Virus record (IMG/VR): IMGVR_UViG_2663763000_000012
Length of the DNA: 30,351 nt
Source of the DNA: a virus
Taxonomy: Duplodnaviria; Heunggongvirae; Uroviricota; Caudoviricetes
Direction: 5' to 3' (one strand)
Part shown: positions 18,091 through 27,279 of the stretch, piece by piece
Numbering within the stretch: position 1 is the first letter of the stretch
Layout: each line of letters begins with the position of its first letter
Notes under the pieces: model-generated
What the model saw: the letters and a program-made list of their open reading frames with translations, nothing else
Databases searched by the model: none
Told to the model about the DNA's origin: nothing
Translations under genes and position numbers: made by a program

Positions 18091-18945
18091 TCAGCAGTTC
18101 GTCATCAGGGCGTCACCGCCACCGCCGGTGGCTTTGCTGCGGCGCTGCTGGGTCAGACTTTCGGTGTGGTCGAGACTGTTTTTCAGGCGGGTGAATGCCT
18201 GACTGGTTTCATCCGCCCTGTCAGTCACATCCTGCTTAAGTGCGGAAAAGGCGGTTTCCATCTCAGCAAGGCGCTGCTCAGTGGCGCTCAGTTTTTCCTG
18301 CACATGCTCAGCGACAGCAGTCACCGCTTCATGCACGTCATTCAGACGGGCGTCATCGCTGGCCTGTTTGCGGCCAAAAATGGATTTCACCTTTTCGGTC
18401 AGGGCTGTGAACACGGTTTCAGGCAGGTCTTCAAATTCCAGCTCAACAGGCGTTGCCACTGAAATCAGGTTTTCAGGGCTTAATTTGAAGCGGTTCAGAG
18501 GGTTGTGTTTTGCCGTGCGGCAGAATTCCAGGTATTCCGTGCCGAGGCTTGCCGGGTCATCGGTGACGGCCAGCCCCACCAGATAACATTTTCCTGTATT
18601 GGCAAAGTTCGGCTGAATTTCCATTGAGGTATAGACCTTCTGCGCGGCCTTGTTCATCGCGATAAGGTCATCGGTCGGGGTGATTTTCGCAAACAGCGCC
18701 CATTTGCCTTTCAGCGCCGAATCATCGTCAATCTTTTCGGCCTTCAGTTCGACCACATCGCCATAACGTTTAAAAATACCGTCAGGCAGGATGCCGCGCA
18801 GATGTTCCAGGTTAATGCGGCAACCATAGACTCGCGGGTCAAAGGTTTCGGCCATTTCCTGAATATCCTGCGCACTGATGACACGCCCGTCACAGGTGTC
18901 ACCCTCAACGCCGATACGAAAGAATTTTGAGACTTTTTTTGCCAT
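18091..18945 (-). CDS. O: Capsid scaffolding protein O
   Basis: MAKKVSKFFRIGVEGDTCDGRV... from ATG 18943-18945, 284 aa; the ORF-track start at 19011 is an upstream extension. Confidence 0.88.
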   Translation of the reverse strand: MAKKVSKFFRIGVEGDTCDGRVISAQDIQEMAETFDPRVYGCRINLEHLRGILPDGIFKRYGDVVELKAEKIDDDSALKGKWALFAKITPTDDLIAMNKAAQKVYTSMEIQPNFANTGKCYLVGLAVTDDPASLGTEYLEFCRTAKHNPLNRFKLSPENLISVATPVELEFEDLPETVFTALTEKVKSIFGRKQASDDARLNDVHEAVTAVAEHVQEKLSATEQRLAEMETAFSALKQDVTDRADETSQAFTRLKNSLDHTESLTQQRRSKATGGGGDALMTNC

Positions 18946-19118
18946 TGTCAGGAGTCCTGAATAGTGATTAGAGGAGTCACATGTCGGCATCAGTTTCCCG
19001 ACGATGCGCATCCTCCGCCATCAGTCCCGGATGGCTTATCACTGACACAACAGCACCTTAGCGAATCGCGGGGCGCGACTCAGTAGCCTTGCCGTGTATT
19101 CATCACGGCGAGGTATTC
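18946..19118. promoter_or_regulatory. Divergent late promoter region between O (minus) and P (plus)
   Basis: 173-bp intergenic region between divergently transcribed capsid and terminase operons, equivalent to the Ogr-dependent PO/PP region of P2. No perfect TGT-N12-ACA element was found by eye, so exact promoter positions are not called. Confidence 0.45.
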
Positions 19119-20891
19119 ATGACCATCACCACAGACACCACTCTTTTACACGACCCGCGTCGTCAGGCGGCGCTGCTGTACTGGCAGGGGTTTTCCGTGC
19201 CGCAGATTGCCGCCATGTTGCAGATGAAACGCCCGACGGTGCAGAGCTGGAAACAGCGCGACGGCTGGGACAGCGTTGCTCCCATCAGCCGTGTCGAAAT
19301 GAGTCTGGAAGCGCGGCTGACCCAGCTCATCATCAAACCGCAGAAAACCGGCGGTGACTTCAAGGAAATTGACCTGCTCGGACGCCAGATTGAACGACTG
19401 GCACGGGTAAACCGCTACAACCAGACCGGCAACGAGGCAGACCTTAATCCGAACATCGCTAACCGCAACAAAGGCGGGCGGCGCAAACCGAAAAAGAATT
19501 TTTTCAGCGACGAGGCTATCGAAAAGCTGGATCAGATTTTCTTTGAGCAGTCTTTCGACTATCAGTTGCACTGGTATCGCGCCGGGCTTGAGCACCGCAT
19601 CCGCGATATCCTGAAATCCCGCCAGATTGGCGCGACGTTTTATTTTTCCCGCGAGGCGCTGCTGCGCGCCCTGAAAACCGGTCATAACCAGATTTTTCTG
19701 TCGGCCAGTAAAACGCAGGCGTATGTGTTCCGCGAATACATCATCGCCTTTGCCCGGCTGGTTGACGTTGACCTGACCGGTGACCCGATTGTCCTGGGCA
19801 ATAACGGCGCAAAACTGATTTTTCTCGGCACCAACTCCAACACCGCGCAGAGTCATAACGGCGACCTGTACGTCGATGAGATTTTCTGGATCCCGAATTT
19901 TCAGGTACTGCGTAAGGTGGCATCAGGTATGGCCTCACAGAGTCACCTGCGCTCGACCTATTTCTCCACCCCGTCCACGCTGGCGCACGACGCCTACCCG
20001 TTCTGGTCGGGTGAACTGTTTAACCGGGGACGCGCCAGCGCCGCCGAACGCGTGGAAATCGACGTCAGTCATAACGCCCTTGCCGGTGGGCTTCTCTGTG
20101 CGGACGGCCAGTGGCGACAGATTGTCACCATTGAGGACGCCCTGAAAGGCGGCTGCACGCTGTTCGACATTGAGCAGCTCAAACGCGAAAACAGCGCCGA
20201 CGATTTTAAAAACCTGTTCATGTGTGAATTTGTTGACGACAAGGCATCGGTGTTCCCGTTCGAGGAGCTGCAACGCTGCATGGTCGACACGCTGGAAGAA
20301 TGGGAAGACTATGCGCCGTTTGCCGCCAATCCGTTCGGCTCCCGCCCGGTATGGATTGGTTACGACCCGTCACACCGTGGCGACAGCGCCGGATGCGTGG
20401 TACTGGCACCGCCGGTGGTGGCCGGTGGCAAATTCAGAATACTTGAGCGTCACCAGTGGAAAGGCATGGACTTTGCCACTCAGGCTGAATCCATCCGCAA
20501 ACTCACCGAGAAATACAACGTCGAATACATCGGTATTGATGCCACCGGCCTCGGTGTCGGCGTGTTCCAGCTCGTGCGCTCGTTCTATCCCGCCGCACGC
20601 GACATCCGCTACACGCCGGAAATGAAAACCGCAATGGTGCTCAAGGCAAAAGACGTTATCCGCCGTGGCTGTCTGGAATATGACGTCAGCGCCACCGACA
20701 TCACCAGCTCGTTTATGGCTATCCGCAAGACCATGACCAGCAGCGGACGCAGCGCCACCTATGAGGCCAGCCGCAGCGAGGAAGCCAGCCACGCCGACCT
20801 CGCCTGGGCGACCATGCACGCCCTGTTAAATGAGCCACTCACCGCCGGTATCAGCACCCCGCTGACATCCACCATTCTGGAGTTTTACTGA
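19119..20891 (+). CDS. P: Terminase ATPase (large) subunit P
   Basis: ATG at 19119-19121 preceded by GAGGTA; MTITTDTTLLHDPRRQAALLYWQGF...; about 590 aa; stop overlaps the Q start (TGATG). Confidence 0.9.
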   Translation: MTITTDTTLLHDPRRQAALLYWQGFSVPQIAAMLQMKRPTVQSWKQRDGWDSVAPISRVEMSLEARLTQLIIKPQKTGGDFKEIDLLGRQIERLARVNRYNQTGNEADLNPNIANRNKGGRRKPKKNFFSDEAIEKLDQIFFEQSFDYQLHWYRAGLEHRIRDILKSRQIGATFYFSREALLRALKTGHNQIFLSASKTQAYVFREYIIAFARLVDVDLTGDPIVLGNNGAKLIFLGTNSNTAQSHNGDLYVDEIFWIPNFQVLRKVASGMASQSHLRSTYFSTPSTLAHDAYPFWSGELFNRGRASAAERVEIDVSHNALAGGLLCADGQWRQIVTIEDALKGGCTLFDIEQLKRENSADDFKNLFMCEFVDDKASVFPFEELQRCMVDTLEEWEDYAPFAANPFGSRPVWIGYDPSHRGDSAGCVVLAPPVVAGGKFRILERHQWKGMDFATQAESIRKLTEKYNVEYIGIDATGLGVGVFQLVRSFYPAARDIRYTPEMKTAMVLKAKDVIRRGCLEYDVSATDITSSFMAIRKTMTSSGRSATYEASRSEEASHADLAWATMHALLNEPLTAGISTPLTSTILEFY

Positions 20892-21925
20892 TGAGCAAGA
20901 AAAAAGGGAAAACACCGCAACCTGCGGCAAAAAAAATGACCGCCAGCGCCCCGAAAATGGAAGCATTCACCTTTGGTGAGCCGGTGCCGGTACTCGACCG
21001 CCGTGACATTCTGGATTACGTCGAGTGCATCAGTAACGGCAGATGGTATGAGCCACCGGTCAGCTTTACTGGTCTGGCAAAAAGCCTGCGTGCTGCCGTG
21101 CATCACAGCTCACCAATTTACGTCAAACGCAATATTCTGGCCTCGACATTTATCCCGCATCCGTGGCTTTCACAGCAGAATTTCAGCCGCTTTGTGCTGG
21201 ACTTTCTGGTGTTCGGTAATGCGTTTCTGGAAAAGCGTTACAGCACCACCGGTAAGGTCATCAGACTGGAAACCTCACCGGCAAAATATACCCGCCGTGG
21301 CGTGGAGGAGGATGTTTACTGGTGGGTGCCGTCCTTCAACGAGCCGACAGCCTTCGCTCCCGGCTCCGTGTTTCACCTGCTGGAGCCGGATATTAATCAG
21401 GAGCTGTACGGCCTGCCGGAATATCTCAGCGCCCTTAACTCTGCCTGGCTGAATGAGTCGGCCACGCTGTTCCGCCGCAAGTATTACGAAAACGGCGCTC
21501 ATGCCGGATACATCATGTACGTCACCGATGCCGTGCAGGATCGCAACGATATCGAAATGCTTCGCGAAAACATGGTTAAGTCGAAAGGCCGCAATAACTT
21601 TAAAAATCTGTTTCTCTATGCCCCACAGGGGAAAGCCGACGGCATTAAAATTATCCCGCTCAGTGAAGTGGCAACGAAGGACGATTTTTTTAATATCAAA
21701 AAAGCCAGCGCCGCTGACCTGCTGGACGCGCATCGCATCCCCTTTCAGTTGATGGGCGGCAAGCCGGAGAACGTCGGGTCACTGGGAGATATTGAGAAAG
21801 TGGCAAAGGTCTTTGTCCGCAATGAGCTTATCCCGTTACAGGACAGGATTCGGGAAATAAACGGCTGGCTCGGTCAGGAGGTCATCCGCTTTAAAAACTA
21901 CTCACTGGACACTGACAACGACTGA
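20891..21925 (+). CDS. Q: Portal (capsid portal vertex) protein Q
   Basis: 344 aa ORF immediately after P and followed by a terminator and cos; size matches P2 gpQ. Confidence 0.9.
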   Translation: MSKKKGKTPQPAAKKMTASAPKMEAFTFGEPVPVLDRRDILDYVECISNGRWYEPPVSFTGLAKSLRAAVHHSSPIYVKRNILASTFIPHPWLSQQNFSRFVLDFLVFGNAFLEKRYSTTGKVIRLETSPAKYTRRGVEEDVYWWVPSFNEPTAFAPGSVFHLLEPDINQELYGLPEYLSALNSAWLNESATLFRRKYYENGAHAGYIMYVTDAVQDRNDIEMLRENMVKSKGRNNFKNLFLYAPQGKADGIKIIPLSEVATKDDFFNIKKASAADLLDAHRIPFQLMGGKPENVGSLGDIEKVAKVFVRNELIPLQDRIREINGWLGQEVIRFKNYSLDTDND

Positions 21926-21930
21926 ACATC

Positions 21931-21952
21931 GCCGCCTGCGGGCGGCTTTTTT
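21931..21952 (+). terminator. Rho-independent terminator after Q
   Basis: GCCGCC-TGCG-GGCGGC hairpin followed by TTTTTTT, 6 nt after the Q stop codon. Confidence 0.65.
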
Positions 21953-22094
21953 ACAACCCGCCATCACGCCCTCACACGCTCACCACCGCACAAAACAGCC
22001 CGCAGACACACCAACGCCCCGGCTAACAATCTAAACGCCATCACGACGCGCTCAGACGCTGAAAAAATAAAATCAGCACCACCGCCAGCGCGCA

Positions 22095-22113
22095 GTGCTT
22101 TCCCCGCCTCGCC
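22095..22113. other. cos: cos cohesive-end site (19 nt)
   Basis: GTGCTTTCCCCGCCTCGCC is the exact reverse complement of the P2 cohesive-end sequence as I recall it (GGCGAGGCGGGGAAAGCAC); it lies just beyond Q, where cos sits in P2. Confidence 0.8.
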
Positions 22114-22268
22114 CGCCCGCCCGCTTCATGGGTCGGTTTGAATGCAGTTGAATTACAACTACCAAACCAAGCAATCCCTACTATTACGCAGAAAATGCAT
22201 ACTGAAATACCTCGTGCAAATTGATGCAGCTAAGTATGCATAGGTTTTATGCCTCAACGTATACGTTA

Positions 22269-24101
22269 TCAAACAGAGCCCTGTTCAAAAACAGTATCAA
22301 AATATGGTAGGAGAGGATAAGCACACAGAAAGAAAATCAGGATGCATGCATATGTCGTTGTTTCATCGTAACAAGCATTAGTATATAAATTACCATGTGC
22401 TAATTTATGTCTTAAGGTTGCCCCACTCTTTCTGTTAAAAAGAACATCGATAGTCAAAACAAGATTTTTAGAAAAGATACTTTCCAAATCATCTCTGCAT
22501 TTATCTAGAAGCTGAGAAATACTTGTTGACTCCTCTAATCCCTTATCCAAATATCTAGTAGCATCCTTTCCGCTAAGCTCATAATAATAACGAACCATAC
22601 CTTCCATTTGTGGTATTAAAAGATAAGCTGCACTGATGTAATCTCCCTGCCATAATTTGTAAAAGCCCAAATTAAAAATCTCCCTAAACTCCGGCTTGAC
22701 AATTGGACTAGTTGTAACCAATTTAACGAATGTTGACAACGTCAAGCCATGTTCTTGAGAAAGTACATAGCGAGCAGGTTCAAAGACACCGTTTACAAAA
22801 ATCTTATGAGTAATCTCGAAATTTCTTAGATATTGATCAATAACAACATCATCACTCATATATTTTTTATTATCCAACGGCGGGATTGTATATATCTTAC
22901 GCCCACTCTCATCATTAATTTCTGTTCCAACAAAACTAGAGAATAAACTTTTTTCTGATAATCTTAAAACTTGTTCCCTCATGCTTTCAATATTTTCAAT
23001 CGGTGTTTCACTCATTAAAACTTTGAATATATCGGGCAAAGAACGCCCCGTCAGTTTTTTTTCACTTTCAGCAACCAAGTCACTAATATCAATAGAATGG
23101 CTTAAAGTGACATATTCACTCCTTACTTCTTCTCTCAAATTAGCAAGTTGTTCCTTTAAATCTTCTATCTGTTGGCTATCACCACCGTACTGTCTTAATT
23201 CAGAGATAGCTGTTCTTAACCAAGAGATCTTACCCATATTATCAGGTCGTTCTGTTGCAACTTTAATAGTAATATTTGCAGATGCCAGTTTACATCTCTT
23301 GGCACGTTCATACTCACCATTTTTTTCATAAATAACTGCACTTGTCATATAAAGTGATTTTACAGCATCATAATATTTTTTATCTTTATGCTGCTCAGCC
23401 ATCTTCTCAGCATTTTCCGCATACTGCAGATTATACCCATCAAAATCACGCACCATAAACCAAGTCAAATTATTGAAACCTTCAAAGATTAATCTTTCAT
23501 TTTGAATACTATAAAGAGAATGAATGGCATTTTTAATCGCCATGTTTCCTTCTGATTTTCTAGGGTAGACCATTTTATTAATGTGCAAAGCCCTAGCAAT
23601 ATAATCACGAGCAAAAATAAAGCAATTTAAATCACTTTCATCCATGCTTTCGTTTTTTATTATTAGCTTTTCAATTGCTATATTTAGCATTTCAGCATAG
23701 GAATCAATTGCTTTAATTGCCACGTCTTTATTTTTCCGATTATTACACCAAACAACATCATATATTCTTGATAACAAAAATGGATTGGTTATTTTTTGAG
23801 AAACATATAAAAGACAGTCATTCACCTGCTCATCAAAATCTTCAGGCAATATTGATCTTTTATTACCCCAAATCATTTGGGGTTCAAATGATGGAGTGTT
23901 GTTAACAACTTGCAAATTGAAACTATATAGCATACCAAAAAGAGATGCTAATTTTTTCTCTTTGGGGTTTTCTGATGACTCAGCAATCCCATCCAGATAT
24001 TTTTTTATTTTATGTGCATGAAATGTAACTGGTATATGCATAAAAACACTATAATCTAGTGTTTCAAGCTCTTCCCTTGTAAGAACAAAGATATCATTCA
24101 T
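22269..24101 (-). CDS. Large AT-rich cargo protein of unknown function; candidate anti-phage defence/abortive-infection effector with a C-terminal HEPN-like R-x4-H motif
   Basis: Continuous ORF (645 codons from a TTG at 24204-24206; 610 aa from the ATG at 24099-24101, which has an AAGGTG Shine-Dalgarno 7 nt upstream). Strongly AT-rich compared with the flanking prophage. Occupies the tin/old accessory locus between cos and gene A. Motif LRHKLAHG at 22395-22412; no Walker A motif seen. Confidence 0.75.
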   Translation of the reverse strand: MNDIFVLTREELETLDYSVFMHIPVTFHAHKIKKYLDGIAESSENPKEKKLASLFGMLYSFNLQVVNNTPSFEPQMIWGNKRSILPEDFDEQVNDCLLYVSQKITNPFLLSRIYDVVWCNNRKNKDVAIKAIDSYAEMLNIAIEKLIIKNESMDESDLNCFIFARDYIARALHINKMVYPRKSEGNMAIKNAIHSLYSIQNERLIFEGFNNLTWFMVRDFDGYNLQYAENAEKMAEQHKDKKYYDAVKSLYMTSAVIYEKNGEYERAKRCKLASANITIKVATERPDNMGKISWLRTAISELRQYGGDSQQIEDLKEQLANLREEVRSEYVTLSHSIDISDLVAESEKKLTGRSLPDIFKVLMSETPIENIESMREQVLRLSEKSLFSSFVGTEINDESGRKIYTIPPLDNKKYMSDDVVIDQYLRNFEITHKIFVNGVFEPARYVLSQEHGLTLSTFVKLVTTSPIVKPEFREIFNLGFYKLWQGDYISAAYLLIPQMEGMVRYYYELSGKDATRYLDKGLEESTSISQLLDKCRDDLESIFSKNLVLTIDVLFNRKSGATLRHKLAHGNLYTNACYDETTTYACILIFFLCAYPLLPYFDTVFEQGSV

Positions 24102-24117
24102 CGTTTTCACCTTTTTC

Positions 24118-24148
24118 AGTATAAATTTGCACACATTATTATTAGCAA
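24118..24148 (-). promoter_or_regulatory. Putative sigma70-like promoter for the cargo gene
   Basis: On the minus strand, TTGCTA then a 19-nt spacer then TATACT, just upstream of the ATG at 24101. The spacer is longer than optimal, so this is weak. Confidence 0.3.
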
Positions 24149-24220
24149 CATAACTATCAATAGTTAACACATGCAGATAAACAGCAATTTTACTATTATG
24201 CAACAAATTAAATCAGATGT

Positions 24221-26503
24221 TTATTGCTCTGAATAACAATAAAACCAACTCCACTCATCAGCGACCGGATACGTAAATTTTTTCCCGTTGTAATTTACGA
24301 TCGCGCCACGCGCCAGCGCCTCAAGCTCCCATCGCTGCGGCCTGATACCGTTCTGAGCAAGGTCAACGCGGATACGGGTAATTTGCATTCTTTCCGACCG
24401 GGTCAGTCTGGCCGATGGCGCTATTTCATGCGGTTTTAACGGTCTTCCGTTTCTTTGCTGACGGTTTGGTCTTCTCAGGCCGTGTTTTAATGCGCCCCTG
24501 AGCGCCCTCACGACCTCCGGGTCATTCCATTCGATAACACCGTCATCAACCAGATTAAGCACTGCTGCGGCGTGCTCAGAAGGCGTGGGAGCCGGTAACG
24601 AAGTATCACCACCGGTGAGCTTTCCACAGTTATTGACAGGACTCCGAGGCGCGGCGATGCCGCTTTTTAAAGTCAAAGGCTCAACGACCGGAACTTTCGG
24701 AACAATGCGCCACTCCGTCGTTCTGGTGATATGAATATGGCGCGCGCCGAGATGCGGCGCGTAAATGCCGACCACTCTCTCGACTTCTTCCTCGTACTCG
24801 TTAACTTCATCCGACGGGCTACGGGCGACCCTGACAGTCTGACAATCGCGCTGGACATTTGCCCCACCCTGCGCGCTGATATACAACGCAAAATCACCAC
24901 TGTCTGCGGCGGCGCGTGCAGCCTCGACGCGCTCGTCAAACTCATCAGCAATGCTGACGCCGCGAGGCAATTTGCGTAGTTCACGGTAAGCCCCCATTGT
25001 CGGCAGGCCAACCGTTTTAAATTGCGGGATGCGCCACGTTGACGCCCATGCGGTAACAGCCGCTGCAGTGTCTTTCAGCGGCCTGCCGGTGTCGTTATCG
25101 AGCTGACCATCCAGTGCATAACCGTCGATGTTTTTTGAAATGTATTTCGCGATATATCCCGCAGCACCGCCCCGGTTAAGGTGTTTTGCCTGAAAACGGT
25201 TTCGCGCGGCTCCTCTTTCGTCGCCATCCTCTTTGAGCGCATAGCGGCGCATGATTTCGATAATCTGGTTACGCTGGCGTGGATTACAAAAAAGCATCAT
25301 ATGCCAGTGCGGCGTTCCGTCGTGGTGTGGCTCGACGACTCGCAAACCGTAGACCTGTAAATCATTATCCTTGAATGCCGTGCGCATCAGGCTCCAGATA
25401 CGGCAGAGATAACGCTGCGCATCCTTTGGATTAAATGCCTCATCGTTCCAGCCGTGATTAAGCTGGACGGTTTTATTTTCGCCTTTTCCGACCTGACGTG
25501 TCGGGTGATACTTTGACGGCGCGGTAAGCGTGATAAACATCCCCACATCACCCTCTGCGGCGGCGTAACGCTCAATACCGGCAATGGTGTTCATCAGCTC
25601 CATCCGGCGAATTTCTGGATTAGAAATACTGCCCATCACCTTACTGATAAGGTCGATGCGCTCGCCGGTTTCCCTGTTTTCAAGGTCACACGATTTAAGA
25701 AATTCCAGATTTGCCTGGCGGCGCGCACGCACATCACGAATGGCATGTTTACTGGCATAAGGAGAACGGTCTTTATTGACCTCCCCGACAGCAATCAGTA
25801 ACGCCTCATGCCAGCGCATACGCTGGCCTTTAAGCTGACTAATCCACCACTCATCGTTAAACAGACGGGCAATGGCAGAATATGCCTGCCTCGTGGTCAT
25901 CTGTCCTTTACGGTATTTTTTCCAGTAGAGCGGGGAAATATTGAAAGCACGTGCAGCGCCAGCAACATGACCATACAGGTGAGCCTGCGCCTCATCCGTA
26001 AACAGCGATTCTTTTTCACCATGCGCATCAACCCATGCATCGCAGAGTTCCTCATACATCATGAAAAGCTGCGATGAGATACGGGCGGCAAACTTTTTCA
26101 GCTCCTTGTCATTCATTCCAGGCAGGCGCGCATAGTGGCCACGCTCTGCCAAAAACAGCAACGACGCGTCGGTGTTCATTTCATGGCGCTGATTCACGCG
26201 CTCAATGCGCGGCCATAAACGACGCTGAAAAGTGGATGTGAGGAAATAAAACCCGTGCACCGGGCTTTTATTGCGCCGGATGTAGTCATAGCGTGAAGTA
26301 AACAGCGAACGCAAAAAGTAAGGCAGGCGGTTAATCGTGGATAAAACACCTTGCACCTGACGCATCTCGTCACGTGTAAGGGGTCTTTCGCGCCCGACGG
26401 CCTCGCGTGGCGCGTTCCATGCATAAGCACCGGTAAACGTCTTACCGGTGCCTGCGGCAAATGCTGACGGAGGGACAAAACGCCCGGAGGCTTTAACGGC
26501 CAT
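24221..26503 (-). CDS. A: Replication initiation protein A (rolling-circle replication endonuclease)
   Basis: ATG at 26501-26503 gives MAVKASGRFVPPSAFAAGTGK...; about 760 aa; the ORF-track start at 26545 is a TTG extension. The largest early gene, in the position of P2 gene A. Confidence 0.9.
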   Translation of the reverse strand: MAVKASGRFVPPSAFAAGTGKTFTGAYAWNAPREAVGRERPLTRDEMRQVQGVLSTINRLPYFLRSLFTSRYDYIRRNKSPVHGFYFLTSTFQRRLWPRIERVNQRHEMNTDASLLFLAERGHYARLPGMNDKELKKFAARISSQLFMMYEELCDAWVDAHGEKESLFTDEAQAHLYGHVAGAARAFNISPLYWKKYRKGQMTTRQAYSAIARLFNDEWWISQLKGQRMRWHEALLIAVGEVNKDRSPYASKHAIRDVRARRQANLEFLKSCDLENRETGERIDLISKVMGSISNPEIRRMELMNTIAGIERYAAAEGDVGMFITLTAPSKYHPTRQVGKGENKTVQLNHGWNDEAFNPKDAQRYLCRIWSLMRTAFKDNDLQVYGLRVVEPHHDGTPHWHMMLFCNPRQRNQIIEIMRRYALKEDGDERGAARNRFQAKHLNRGGAAGYIAKYISKNIDGYALDGQLDNDTGRPLKDTAAAVTAWASTWRIPQFKTVGLPTMGAYRELRKLPRGVSIADEFDERVEAARAAADSGDFALYISAQGGANVQRDCQTVRVARSPSDEVNEYEEEVERVVGIYAPHLGARHIHITRTTEWRIVPKVPVVEPLTLKSGIAAPRSPVNNCGKLTGGDTSLPAPTPSEHAAAVLNLVDDGVIEWNDPEVVRALRGALKHGLRRPNRQQRNGRPLKPHEIAPSARLTRSERMQITRIRVDLAQNGIRPQRWELEALARGAIVNYNGKKFTYPVADEWSWFYCYSEQ

Positions 26504-26768
26504 GTGAGCCAAAAGCCTCTGAACAACGCTTGCTGAGTTGCTCAACCTGCGCGTTTAAATCAGCAAAAGATTTTGCGCTTCCGGTCAGAATATCGTGATG
26601 CATCAGGCCGGAAACGAGCTGGCTTAATTTCGGGTAATAACCAACCACCGCCAGCCATTCCTGACCGGCGTTTTTACCGCTTTCAGCTCTCTTTTTCTCG
26701 TGGAGAATAAACTGAAAGCTGTCACTGGTAACGACATAACGTTCGCCAATTTCAATACGAATACTCAT
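26493..26768 (-). CDS. Small early protein, P2 orf83-like hypothetical
   Basis: 91 aa, ATG start, overlaps the A start by 11 nt; position immediately upstream of A. Confidence 0.65.
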   Translation of the reverse strand: MSIRIEIGERYVVTSDSFQFILHEKKRAESGKNAGQEWLAVVGYYPKLSQLVSGLMHHDILTGSAKSFADLNAQVEQLSKRCSEAFGSHGR

Positions 26769-26989
26769 GCCGTTCTCCGGTAATGTTTGTTTTTTGCTTC
26801 AAAGACTGACTGACAGGAAACACAACGCGTGGCTGACGGGTAAGCCGCACGACGGGCAGCAGGTATTGGCGCGTCACACTCTTCGCAAACCAGCGCAGAA
26901 GCACCGCAATGTTTTACCCTTGCCGCGTTAATCTGGCGCTCCAGTAATTCAGCCTGTTGTTCCTGAATAAAATCTACGTTGTCCGGCAT
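26765..26989 (-). CDS. TraR/DksA-family C4 zinc-finger protein
   Basis: 74 aa with C-x2-C-x17-C-x2-C (CEECDAPIPAARRAAYPSATRCVSC), typical of phage TraR/DksA-like proteins (P2 orf82 position). Confidence 0.8.
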   Translation of the reverse strand: MPDNVDFIQEQQAELLERQINAARVKHCGASALVCEECDAPIPAARRAAYPSATRCVSCQSVFEAKNKHYRRTA

Positions 26990-27279
26990 TACCAGCTCCT
27001 TTTGTCGTTCAGCTTCTTAAATTCATCAGCGCAATAGCTGGCGATTTCTGTCGTTAATTTTGTCAGTTCATCCACGGATGAAATTTGCTTATGAAATACA
27101 GCGCGTTTAACAAGTAAATTGACCACATCAGACAGGAGATTTAATTTATCCGCATAAATGGCTATAGTTGATTCCACCATATCCCCAGTGTTTTTATCGC
27201 GTTTAATGTCAGCTAGCGACAAATCACCATTTTTCATGACTGAAATCTTCAGCCAGTTATTAAACAATATATTTTTCAT
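26989..27279 (-). CDS. Hypothetical small early protein (lower GC)
   Basis: 96 aa ORF, ATG start, tightly coupled to neighbours; visibly AT-richer than neighbouring early genes. Confidence 0.6.
   Translation of the reverse strand: MKNILFNNWLKISVMKNGDLSLADIKRDKNTGDMVESTIAIYADKLNLLSDVVNLLVKRAVFHKQISSVDELTKLTTEIASYCADEFKKLNDKRSW

Noticed and set aside
18946-19118. Searched for the canonical Ogr-dependent late-promoter element TGT-N12-ACA in the O/P intergenic region
   Set aside because: No perfect match was found by eye, so no specific late promoter coordinates are asserted, only the divergent promoter region.
19146-20819. Minus-strand ORFs (19146-19856, 19935-20273, 20370-20819) within terminase gene P
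   Set aside because: Antisense to a conserved gene; no RBS; typical GC-rich antisense open frames.
22981-23905. Plus-strand ORFs (22981-23331, 23717-23905) inside the AT-rich cargo gene
   Set aside because: Antisense to the long continuous minus-strand ORF; no start context; considered artefacts.
24102-24206. N-terminal 35-codon extension of the cargo gene from a TTG start
   Set aside because: The ORF-track start is TTG without an obvious Shine-Dalgarno, whereas the in-frame ATG at 24101 has AAGGTG upstream and the extension overlaps the putative promoter. The longer form is kept only as an alternative.
22269-24206. Possibility that the cargo gene is an OLD-family (ATPase plus TOPRIM) nuclease like P2 old
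   Set aside because: No Walker A P-loop (GxxxxGK[ST]) is visible in the translation, and the composition and sequence are unlike P2 Old as I recall it.
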